A stretch of 64,000 bases of DNA, taken from the NCBI GenBank assembly GCA_035495615.1, contig DATJFP010000088.1, positions 41,763 to 105,762 of the forward strand, written 5' to 3'. This document shows positions 27,201 through 39,200 of this stretch, piece after piece; position 1 is the first letter of the stretch; each line of letters starts with the position of its first letter. This stretch comes from Verrucomicrobiia bacterium. Lineage in GTDB: Bacteria; Omnitrophota; Omnitrophia; Omnitrophales; Aquincolibacteriaceae. The position numbers were made by a program, and so were the translations under genes. A model generated the notes under the pieces. The model searched no databases and had not been told where the DNA came from. It saw only the letters and a program-made list of their open reading frames with translations.

Positions 27201-30200
27201 CGCGGCTTCGTCCGCCGCCTGCCTTTCCTTGGTCGATCGGGCCATGTACTCGAGCCCGTGCCGGATGGCTTCGATCTTGTCCGCGGCTTTGGGATGGATC
27301 GGAATTCCCTCGTCGCGGGCCGTTTCCTCGAACTCCTTGATGCCGGCCTCGATCGCGGTCTTCGCGTCCTCGATGGCCTGCAGGTGCTCGGGATAATCTT
27401 CCTCGTCGAGTTCCATGTCTTCATCTTCGATCAAGGCCTTGTGCTCGGCCAGAAGCTTGTTGTACGGCTTCACCGCTTTTTCCATCAGGATCTGTGTAAC
27501 CTCGCGCACCCGTCCTTTTTTAACTTCCGCTTCCTTTTGCTTGGCCACGCCGATGTTGCGGTGGATCTGCTCACGCGTCGTCCTGATCTCGTCGATGCGC
27601 GCGGTCAGAGGATGGTCCGGCTGCTCGAGGCGCGGCAGCTTCGCGAAGATCGTCTGCGACTCCTCGGCAAGCTCGAAAAGGGCGATCATGTTGTTGACCG
27701 CATCGGCCGCTTCGTTCACCGCGGCCCGCTCATGATCTTCGATGGGCTCCGCGGTTCCTTCCTTGTCGCCGAGCGCCCGCGCCAGGTTGTAATAAGTCTC
27801 GTAATGTTCGTAGAGGGTCGCGCGCTGGTCGGCCGCTTCCGCCGTATCCGCGAAAAGCTGCGGCATAAAACCCTGCTCGCGCAGCGCCTGCAGGTACATG
27901 GCTTCGAGGCCGGGGACCTGGGCTTCCATGGCGCGCAGATCCCGCACTTTGATGAACCACATGGCATAGAGTTCCGAAAAGAGGAAGTTCCCGCCCAGGC
28001 GGTGCGACGAAGTCTCGGCGCGCAATTCAGGGCGGGCAATGCCGCTGACCGCGCCGGGGTCGATGCTTTTGAGCTTTCCGTCGTCGTCCAGGATGAGATT
28101 GCGCCAGACGTCATCGATATCCACGATGCGTTTGTCGTTTCTCAGTTTGACGGTCGCGGCAAGAGCGCGGTGGCGGCGCACGTCCGCCTGGAAGACGGCC
28201 TGGAAAACCGCGGTCTTCTGAGCGGGTTCGATATCCCCGCTCGCGGCGACAGCCTGGAGGATGCGGGCCATGTCCGGGCCCTTGTAATCCTGTTCCACGG
28301 TAAGCTTGCCCGGTTCCTCGGAAACCTGCCGCGTCGGAACGAAGAATTCGCCCAGCACGGCCTGGTTGGCGAGACTGAGGCGCGCCTTCGTGTCGTCGAG
28401 GCTGACGGCCTCGTATTCTTTGGTCACTTTCGTCGGATGGGCTTCGTCGTCGGCGCTCAGCTTGGCGTGGAACCCGGACTTGATGCTGACCGGCAAGGTC
28501 GCTGCCACCTGACGGAGGATGGCCACGACTTCCGCGGGAAGCGGCGCGTTGTTGCCGCGCTCTTCCTTGATGGCATTGTTCAGCGCGCCTTCGATCTTAT
28601 TGAGGACGTTTTCCGCGTGCTCGAGTTTCGGCCGGTCGCCTTTCACGAGATTGGCGTAGGCAATGACGAGTTCGCGCAGGCGCCGGGCCGAGAGGTCGCG
28701 TCCCGTGCCTTCCCAGTTTGCGCGGTTTCCATCAAACCGTTCCCGCTGAGGCACGGACAAACGCGCGAGCATGCGTGCCTGCTGGCGGAGGATGTCGTCG
28801 ATGTCGAGGAAGGCCTGCAGGAATTCGTCCAGATAGGTGCGCAGCGCGGCTTCGTCTTTGGCCGCAATGACGGCCTGAACGTTGGCCAATTTGTTCCGTT
28901 CGCTCCAGACCGCGCCCGCGGCTTCCAGGCGCGACTGCAGGACATCCGGAAAGTTCTTCTTTTCGACTTCGATCTTTTTCTTTCCCGCGAGTTCCTTGAG
29001 CTCGGCCGCCATGTCGCCCAGGATTTTTTTATTTTCCGTCTTGTCCAGGTCCGCGAGGATGCCGTCGACGTCGGCCGGCGTCGCGGCCGAGGTGATGCGG
29101 TCGGTGAATTGGCGTACCAGCGCGGTGCGGGTGTCGTCCTCCTGCCGTTTCTGGTCTTCGAGAGCGCGCTGGCGGGCCTGGGCCTGCTGCACGAGGCGCT
29201 CCTCGACTTCCGCCGGAAGCTTGGCCGCCCGGATTTCTTTGAGCACGGCGGTGATGTTGTCGAGCGTCGCGCCTTCGATTTTCTTTTCCAGGTTTTTGGT
29301 CTTACGGTGGATGTTGATTTCTTCTTCCAGTTCCTGCTGGGCGCCTGTCGAAAGCGCGCTCTTGCGGACTTCGTCCAGGATGCCGTCCAGCACCGCGAGA
29401 TTGGCCACGGTCACGGCCGCGATGCGGCCGCGGAAGGACGCGATCAGCGCGTCCTCGGCCTGCAGTGTTTCGTCAGCGGCCGCGCTCAGCCCGATGCCGG
29501 TTTCTTCGGCCACTACGCCCGGAGGAGGCGTGCTCGGACGGCTCGGCGTCGGCGGAGTGACGCCTGCCGCGCGCGCGAGGTATTCATCGACGACGCTTTC
29601 CAGCGTGGCCTGCTTTCTCCAAACCCGCACAAGACCGTCCTTAATGAATTCTTTCCAGAGATCATGGCCCAGCTTGCGGCGCATGAAGTCCATGAGGACG
29701 GGCCCGTAATGATATTCCGCGGATTCCGGCGCACCCTCTTCGATTTTTCTCTTCAATTTCGTGGCGTGGAGGCTGCGCTTCTGCTCTGACAGCGCGGGGA
29801 AGGTCACGTCCAGCACGACATTGCCGGTCGCCGTTTCCCGCTGAAGGGTTTTGAGTGCCGCATAGACGAAATCGTTGGCCAGCGCTTCCGTGGCATAAAG
29901 CTGGTCCGGAGTGCGCGGGCCGGTCAGCGTGCGGTGCATTTCGTTGAAGATCGCATGGCCGACTTCCTCGATGTGGCGGACAAAGATGTCGGTCAAGCTC
30001 AGGTTCGCGATGTTGAGCGTGATGATGGTCTTCAGCGTCCCCTCTTCGCGGACCATGCGGGCACGGGCCTTCTTGTCTCCGTCATTGCTGGAACGGATGA
30101 CGATCCGGGTGATGGGAACCCGGGTCTTGGGCCCGTAATATTCGCTGCTGAAGCGCGTCAGAAAATCGTTGAGGGTGTAGAGCTTGCCCTTGTAGGGGTA

Positions 30201-33200
30201 GACTTTCGCGTACTTCACGATGAAGGCAATGAAATGCGCGCGGTATTTCGCGTTCCACGACGCGTCTTCGGGATTGTGCTTCTGGATCATCTCGACGATC
30301 TTCGCGCGCACTTCGTCCTGCTCGGCTTCGTCTTCGATGTTTTCCTGCAAGTACCGGTCGATATCGTCCTTGACCTTGTCGGGCGTCATCTTCAACACCT
30401 GGAAAAGATGGTCGGTGAGCGTCCTCACGTTCACTTTACCCCAATTGAGGCGGACGCGCGCCACATTGGCATCCGCGTCATGAATGGCCGTATCGAGATT
30501 GCCTTCGCGCAGCAGGGTCTCGGCCACGGGCTCGCTGAGAATAAGGCCCTTCTTGACCTGTCCCGATTTTCCGTTCGCCGTCAGCCGCAGCAGCTCCACC
30601 TGCATGGGCATCAAAGCGCCGGGCTTTTCCTCCGGGGCCGCCGGCAGCGTGTCTTCGGCTTCGCCCGGTTCCGGCAGGAGTTCTTCTTCGTTTTCCGTGA
30701 CCACGGCAGGCACGGCCACCGGCATTTCGGGGGTCACCGCCGCAACGGGCGCCACTTCGCCCGCTTCGCCGACGATGTCGGCCTGGGCCCGGGCCATGCG
30801 TTCCAGGCTTTCCTGCGTTTCCGTCGGGAGCCCGCTCGCGGCAACGGCGGCAAGAACGCCCGCGGCCGTGTCCGGAGTCATGTTCGTGATCTGCTGTTTG
30901 AGGTCCGCGATCGTGCTCGACATGGCCAGGGACATGCCGCCCTCGGCCTCGGACTTGGTGATGAATTCCCTTCTGGTTTCGTAAGGCCCTTCGAGTTCGC
31001 CCAGGTGCGACACGTAATCGGCGATCTGCCGGTTCACGGCCTCGCGGTCCGCCGCCTCGTACAAGCGCCCGAACTTTCTCTCGATCGCTTTCCGGCGCGC
31101 GTCGATTTGTTCGAGATGCTGCGTCAGGTCGAAATCATCGAGCGAAGCCATGGTCTGGATCTGGTCCAGCAGCGCCTGGCGGTCGAGCGCCTCGTCCAGC
31201 TCCGCGCGGAAGCCGCGGACCGTGCGCAGCACCAGTTTCTTGAAGCTCGCGTCTTTGGCGCGGCGGGCGGCAAGCGCGGCCGCGATCGGATCCTCTTCCG
31301 GCGGCGTCATGCGCAGTTCGGAGCGGCGCTGCTGGCTCTCACGCATTTCCGCCTTGAGGCCGGTAAGCTCTTCCTGCTTGGCCACATAAAGCGCGTCCAG
31401 ATGTTTGAAGCGGTTGTTGTCGGTGGCAAAGGCATTCAACCGTCCCTGGATCTGCTGGTAATGCTCGACGGTAAAGGCCTCGCCGTAATTTTCGCGCATG
31501 GAAGCGGCCGCGGTCCGGATGGACTCGAGATGCTCGGTGAAATCGAAATCGTCGATGTGCTCCATGGACGCGATCCGCGCTTCGAGGACTTCCGTATTCA
31601 AGAGTTCGTTGTCGATGCGTTCCAGGAAATAACCGACGGCGGCAGGGACCAGCGCCGCAATCTGCCGGTCGAGATCCTTGTCGAAGTCCGGCACCTGCAC
31701 CGACATGAGCGCGTCCGGAATCGACGTGTCCGTGCCTTCTTCATTAATATAGCGTTTGGCCGTGACGAGCGCTTCCAGGCGCAGCGGCACCAGGTGGCGC
31801 TGGGCGTCCGCGCCGATCTGCGGGCCGAATTCGTCGATGACAAGATTTTGAGCGGCGACAAATTGTTTGAGGCGGGCCACGGTCACGTCTTCTCCCGCGG
31901 CAAGGGGCTGTCCATAGAACCGGGCCATGATCGCCTTGGCCGGCGTGGGCTTTTTGCCGTGCGTGGCCTGGAACTGCGTCCGCAGCTGCACCAGCCCGTC
32001 CGACAATCTGCCGCGCGCCACGTCCAGGAGGCCGTTGACGCGGTTGGCTTCGATGAGCCGGTTCATGCCCGGCCCTTCGGCGAGAACTTTCCCCGCGGGA
32101 AGAACGGTTCCCACAAGCGTTTTTTGCGACGCCGCTTCTGCGATGGCGCGTTTCACGCGGCCGGCCGCCTCGCGCAAGACGCCGAGTTCCGAGAGGATTT
32201 CCTGCTGAAGGGCGCGGTAAGCTTCGTCGAGAGGTTTATAATTTTCGCGCACCGTAACGAGGCCGCTTTCGTCCTGGGCCGCGTAGGGGTGGTCCGCTGC
32301 GAGTCCTTCGAAGAACTTTTCGAGGACCCGGTCGACTTCCGTGGGATCGTCGGTTTTCGAGGGAAGGTCGTTGAGATTCCGGATCCGGCTCTGAATGCGG
32401 GTCAGCGCGCTATGCAGGTGGCCTTTTTTATCGGGCTGCGATTTGATCCGGGCCAGATTGCCGGCAAGCAGTTCTTCCATCGCCGCTTCCTGGTCCGGAT
32501 GCGTGCGCAGGAAATCCACGATTCCCTTGTTCCCGATAATGTCGGTGAGCCGCGACAGTTCCGCCTCGACGGTGCCGTGCATGTCGCCCTGGACCTGCGC
32601 CAGCATCCCGCTCACTTCAGGCCTGAGGGTTTTCGCGGTTCCGTCCAGCGAGGCCTGCAGCGCGATCTCGTCGAGCCTGGCCGGGGTCATGTCCTGGAGC
32701 GCCTCGTTGTCCATGTGCAGCGCGGTCAATTCCGCCACCACTTTTTTCGAGATCAGAACATGATAAAGGTCGCGGATGTCGGCCGGCATGTCGTCAAAGC
32801 CCTTGCCGCTGGTCGAGGCCCGCATGGCCGCGGCCTTCAGGGCGTCGCCGGTCGTCTCTTCCAGCTTTTTCCCGGTCGCGTCGCCCTGGATGTCTTTCAG
32901 GTACTGGCGGACATTGTCCGCGATGGCATTGCGTTTTTGGGGTGCGAGGACCGTGACCACCTGGGTTTTCAAGTCCGCGGGCACGTTCTTGAGCAGGAGG
33001 AGCATGCGCTCGACCGTGACCACGGCATTTTTCTTCTCGCTGATGTTTTTCATCCAGCTCTGGACTGCGGCGGTCGTGGCCTTGAAAATCGCCGCGGCTT
33101 CATCGGCTTTGAGGGTGAGCTCCTGGCGCAGCGCGTCCGCGCTCTTGATCTTGCCTTCGGCCGTCGGATAATCGCGTCCCGGCTGGGCCTTGGCTTGATC

Positions 33201-36200
33201 GAGAAGCGAGAGCACTTCCTGGATTTTGGCCAGCCGGATATCCTCTTCCGTCGGGGCCGCGGCCGATGGAGGCGCCACTTTTCCGGGCGTCTGCAGTCCC
33301 ACGAAAGAAACGTCATCGTCGTCGGCAAAAGGATTCGCGCGTTCCAGCCTCTTTTCCAACCCGTCTCCGGGGATCGAGGAGGCGTCCCGCGCGGCCTTGG
33401 CCAGCGCGTGCACGGTCTGATCCAAAGGCAGGGTGCGCGTCATCTCAACCAGTTCTTCCATGCCCGGGATCGGCATCACGCGGCCCACGACCGAGATCGT
33501 GGCCAGCGGCTTGCCGGGTTTGTTGGCGAGTGTCGTCGTCCGTATCGTGCTCAAACCGGCAGGCGTGCTCTTGTCGCCGCCGTCGGAATAAACCAGCGCC
33601 CGCGTTCCGGGAGGCACGTCCACCTGGGTGCGGTTGTTGCTGCCCAGCAGAAGAGCATCTCCGGAAAGGAATTCGTCGTGCTTGTGGCGGACGCCCAGAT
33701 AAAGCTCCAGGTTCTCCTGCGTTGTGAAGCGCGGAAGCGTCTCGCCGAAATCTTTGGCCTCCACCTTGCCGTCCGGGAGAATGAAAATGCCGGTGCTGTC
33801 GCCGTAATCGAGACCCAAGCCCGCGTATTTTTTCTTATCCGGATCGGCAATCTGCCGTGTTTCCGGGTATTCCCAGACAAGACGGATCGTGAGGGTGGTC
33901 ATGGCCCGCGAATGAATCTGCCGGGCCCGTTTGGCCTCGGACAAAGCTTCATTGGCCGCATCGACCGCGTCCTCGAGGACTTTCAAGGCGGCCTCGGGCG
34001 TTTGCGCCGCGAGCAGCTTTTCCCGGGTGGCTTCCTTCTCGATGGCGGCGATCACGATAAGCGCGGCCTGCCGCCCGTCCGGCTGCCCTCCGGCACCGTC
34101 CGCCACCGCGATGAGGCCCCGGTCCGGCAGGTTGAGAATGGCGTCTTCGTTGTTCTGGTCCGCCAGCGGTTTATTGATGCGGTACACTGCGGGAGCCGTG
34201 TAAGCCCAGGTCGTAAAACCCGTAGCCTTGCCTTCGATAGCTCTCTTTTTCGCGTCAAAATCATCTCTTACCCAAGGCCTGATCCGCTCCGGAAGCGCTT
34301 CGATCTGGCCTTCGACCGCCGCCAACTCCCCCGCGCTTGAATTCAGCGTCAGCGCGTCGACTGCCGCCCGCACCGGCATGTAACGGCGCCGGTCTTCCTG
34401 GATGCGCTGGGTAATCTGCAGCTTCTTGGCATCGGCCGCGCGGCCGATCTCGTCTTCGAAGCGCTGATAAACGCGCGGCGTGGTTTCTTCTTTGGCGCTC
34501 TCGACGTTTTCGTCGACGATGGCGATGCTGAGGATGTTGATGTCCGCCTTCTGCAAGTCCTGGATAAATTGCCGGAGCCGCTGCTCATCCCTCTTATCCT
34601 TGGCCGCGATCTTTTCTTTCTTGGCCCGTATGGCTTCCTGGACGTCGGCACGCTGCCGCAGCCGCGCATCCGTCAAAATCTTGGCCGCTTCCCCTTCGAC
34701 ATCGGCTTCCGCGACGGTTCTGGGGTCCAGGGCTGTGATCTTGCTAATGGCTTCGAACGCCGCCTCCTCATCCGCGGCAACCCGCGTCCGGATGGCCTCG
34801 TTCTTTTCGGCGAGCCGGGCCTGTTGCAGCCGGGCCGCGGCGTCCTGCGCGCCGTTCAGCCGGTTTTCCAGCGGTGTGACGTCCGAAAACGCATTGAGTG
34901 GGGTCAGCGCATCGACTTTGGGCGTAATGTCCGCTACGATCAGGCCCACGACTTCCCCGATTTCCCGCTTCAAAGCCGCCTGCAGTTCCGTGTCTTCCTT
35001 AATCTGGTCCGCGCGGCTGAGCAGCGCTTCGGCATCCGAAACCTGCGCCGCGGCAACATTCTTGCGGAGGTCTCCCAGGAGCCTGCGTACGTCCGCCGCG
35101 ATGTCGTTGTTCGAGCGCGAACGATCCCCGATCGACTGCCGAGCGGCTTCGAATTCTTCTTTGAGCGATTCTTTGAGATCTTCCCGGTCCGCGACACGCG
35201 CTTCCTGAGCCTGCACGTCCGATTCGTTTTTGACCCGGCGGAGCTGGATCTTGATATCCGCCATCAGGTCGCGGTCGAGGCTCTCGCGCTGCGTGATGGC
35301 CTCTTCCTTGGCTTCCACCTCGCGCAAAAGACGCGCCGCCCGTTCGCCCCGGGCGCCGGTCACGCGCGCCCGCAAGCCCTGCGCGGCGGTAAGGTCGCTG
35401 CGGTCAGTGAGCTGCGCGATCTGCGGTTCGATCGCATCCATGATCTTTTCCGCGGCCGCGTCGATCTCGCCTTTCACCTTGTCTCTCAGTACGGCGCCCG
35501 CGATCTGATCCGCCTGGTCGGCAAGGTCCTGCATGGTGCGGACATAAACGCCGTCGATCGCGGCCGTTTCCGTAATTCTCAGGCGCACCGCGGCGGCGGC
35601 CGTGTCATCGGCCTGGATGCGGCGCTGGATCGCGCCGCTGATGTCATTGGCTTTTTGCGCGAGGCGGTTGGCGCGCTCGGTCTTCGCATTGACGAAACGG
35701 CGGCGCTGCGCCTCGACTTCCTCTTCGGTGCTGAGTTCGCCGAGCCGGTCGAGAGACTCGTCGATGTGAGCGGCGACAAGCACCATTTTGCGTTCGATGA
35801 GCGCCTCGAGAGGGCCGCGCATTTTCGCGTTCTTCAAGCCGGCCAGTTTTTCCGTGACGGCTTCGACGTCCTGCAGCGCGGCCGTTTCCGTGTCAAGGCC
35901 CTGAAGCGCCCCGCGCACGTCCTGGTCGATCGCGCCGTCCTGCCGGATCCGTTCCTGGATCGCGGTTCTTTTCTGCGTGGCAAGATCAAACAGCTCGGGA
36001 ACCGATTCCGCTTCCTGCATCCGCGCTTCCTGCGCGGCAACGTCCTTTTCTTCGTTCAATTCCGTGAGCGCTTCCAGTTTTCCCCGGATGTCGGCCGCTA
36101 CAAGCCCGCGCGACTGCTCGATCGCGGCAACAGTCCTGTCGCGAATGGCCACGGTCACGATTCCCTGCGCCCGGGCTTTCGCGGTCTCAAACGGCTTCAC

Positions 36201-39200
36201 CGTTGCCGTGGCCGGCGTTTTGGGAAGGCCGCCGAGGATTTCCCGCGCGGTTTCTTCGTCGCGGCGTCCGCGGTCGCGGATGCGCGTCTTGATGTCGGCG
36301 GCGAAACCTCCGATGCGCTGACGCTGCCGTTCTTCGGGCAGCCGCGCCACGGCCGCATCGACGTCCGCTTCCGTGCTCTGTTCGTTGGCGGCGAGCGCGT
36401 TCATGGCCGCCTGCGCGTCCCGGATCAGTCTCGAATCTTCTTCTTCACGTTCCCGCAGGAAATCGCGGCGCGCCAAAGCCGCTTGCCGCAATCCTTCAAC
36501 TTCGGGCGATTTGGCGTTCTTCAGCCGGTCTTCCTGGGCGCGGATGTCGTTGACGTCTTCCGCGGCGGCGATTCGTTCCCGGATGTTCTGCACCACGGCA
36601 ACGCGCTTGGCCTCGATCTGCGGCCTCGCTCCTGTTTTCAAATCCTCATAAGGTACGGCTTCTGCCCGCTCGGCATAAGATTCGATGACTCCGAGCGGCA
36701 CGCCGTCTACGCCAAAGCCCGTCACGTCGCCGACCAGCCGTTCCATTGTTCGCTGGTAGTAATCGTAAATCTGGGCTTCCATCTGAGTCCGCTTGGCCTC
36801 GAGCCGCGGGAACACGAAAAGAAGGAGCGCGTGAAGGCTGGGGGTCGATTCGGTTTGAGCCAGGAGGTTCTTTTTCGCGCGCGCGTAGGCGGTTTGTTCC
36901 GCCGCGGCTCCGGCCTCCTGGTATTCTTTCAGCGCGCGGACGAATTCGTAGGAACTCTTCTGGTCCAGGGGCGGCATTTCCGTGGAAGTCAGCATGGCCG
37001 CGGCTTCGGGCACGATCTGGTCCGGCTTGTCGAGCTGTGCCGCCATGGCCGAGATGAGCCGCGATTCGTACTCGGCGAGGGCGGCTTCAGTCGTGCTGAG
37101 GCGGGCGCCGATGCGCGATTGAAGTTCCGAGACAAGAGGCGCGGGACTGTCGGCCGTTCCGGCAAGCGCCGCGGCTTCCTGGCCCAGGCCCTGGAGGCTC
37201 TGGTAATTTTCGTGCGGATCGCCGCGGGTCTGCTCGAGACGCTGGGCAATGTCGCGGAACTTGATCGTGTTATCGACCTGCGGCGTACGAACTTCGCCGG
37301 GCAGCACTTCGAAAAAGGCAATGACCGCCAGGATGGCGTCGAAATTCGCGGCCACATCCCCCATGTGGGGCTGCAGCGCGCCTTGCAGGAGGGTTTGTCC
37401 GCGCGCGGCAATGATGCCCGGAATCTGGGGCCTGTCCGCTTCGGAGGCCGCGCCGCGCTGCGCGTACGTGTCTACCAGGATCTGCGGGCTCATGGCCTGC
37501 GCCGTCGTGGTCTGGATCAGTTGAAACGCCCGGGCCAGCTTCAGGACGTTCAGGGCGTCGTTATTTTCAGGAGAAAATTTCGTGGTGTCCCACGTGATGG
37601 CGGCCAGACGCTCGAAGGAGTCCGCGCGGTTGATTTGCTTGGCCAGCCGGCCGAAGCGGGATTTTTCCGTGCCGCGCCATTTGATCACTCCCCAAATGGC
37701 TCCGGCTCCGGCCGCGAGACCCGCTGCGATTAAAGCGGGCCCGGTAAGATTGGGCGCGTTGACCGTGACGCCTCCTGCTTGTTCCGCCAAATACTGATAA
37801 AGTTCGTAAACGCCGTAAACCGCCACGCCGGCGCCGGTGAGAACTCCCAGGCCGAGCAGAATGCGGTTTCTCCAGACGCGGGCCGTCTCTTCCCGTCTTT
37901 CCAGTTCGGTCTTTCTCGCGCGCGCGCCGTCCTGCTCCGCCGCGGGCAGATCATTGATCACAGCTTCGGTAATATCGGCCGACCGCCGGGCTGCTGCGAC
38001 GGCTGCGCGCGCATCCTCGATCTTCTTGAGAGCGTCGCGCTTTTCCCGGGCCTGGTCCCGCTCGCCGTCGTTTTCGAGATCCGCGAGCACCGCGTCGGTA
38101 ATCTGCGCCGACTGCGTGGCCGTGGCGACCGTACTTCTCGCGGCTGCAAGGCGCGCCGCCTGGATCGCCGTCCTCTTGCCTTCCGCGACTCCGGCGAGCC
38201 TCGCCGCTTCCGTCGTCTGAGCTCCTTCCAGACGCGCCGTCTGCGCGGCCACCTCTTCGATCGTGCTGGCGTCGGTCAATGCCGTCAACTTGCCTTCGAT
38301 GTCCGCCACGATTTGCGTGACTTTGCCGCGGATTTCATCTTCCACCGCCCCGCGAGCGGCCCCGTCTTTGATGCCGGCCGCCAGAGGCAGAAGAGCTTCG
38401 GCGTCGCTTATTTTCGCGGCAGCGGCATCGATCTGTCCGAGCTGTGTCCGGATATCGCGCGCTTTATCCTCGTCACCCCGCAGCCGGTCGCGAATCTGTT
38501 CCACGGCGGCATCCGCCTGGTCTTTCACCTGGATGCGGAGACGTTCCTCCAGACCGTTCACAATGGCGGCGAGCTGATCTTCCGTGGCCGTTTCCAAATC
38601 CAGGGCTCCGATCGCGCGCTTGGCCTCAGCGACCGCGCGGCCGTCCGCTTCGATTCTCGCCTCGATGGCTGCGCGTTTGGCTTCCGCCAATTCCCGCAGC
38701 CGCGCTGCTTCGGGAGTCTTGGCATCTTCGAGGCGTGCGGTCTGCGTCACCACCGATTCGGGAGTGTTGAGTTCGGTGAGGGCATTCAATTTGCTTTCGA
38801 TGTCGGCGACGATCTGCCCGACTTTGCCGTTGATCTGGCTTTCGACACTGCCGCGAAGCGTCGCGTTCTGGATCTGCGCGGCGCGCGTCAGCAGGGCTTC
38901 CGCGTTTTCGATCGTGGCGCTTTCAGGCTGAACCTGCCCGAGATCCGAAAGGATGGCGCCGGCTTTTTCGTTGTCGCTGCGGCCGCGCTCGCGGATCGCG
39001 GCAATCTTGGCATCCGCTTCGTCGCGCACATGATCACGCAGGCGGGCCGGCAGCCCGCTGCGAATGGCTTCAACGGCGTCTTCCGCCGCCGTGTTCACAT
39101 CAATGTCGTCGATCTGGCGCTTGGCTTCGACTATAGCCCGGGCATCGGCCCCGAGCCTGTCGCTGATCGCCTGTTTTTTCTGTCCCGCCAGATCGCGCAG

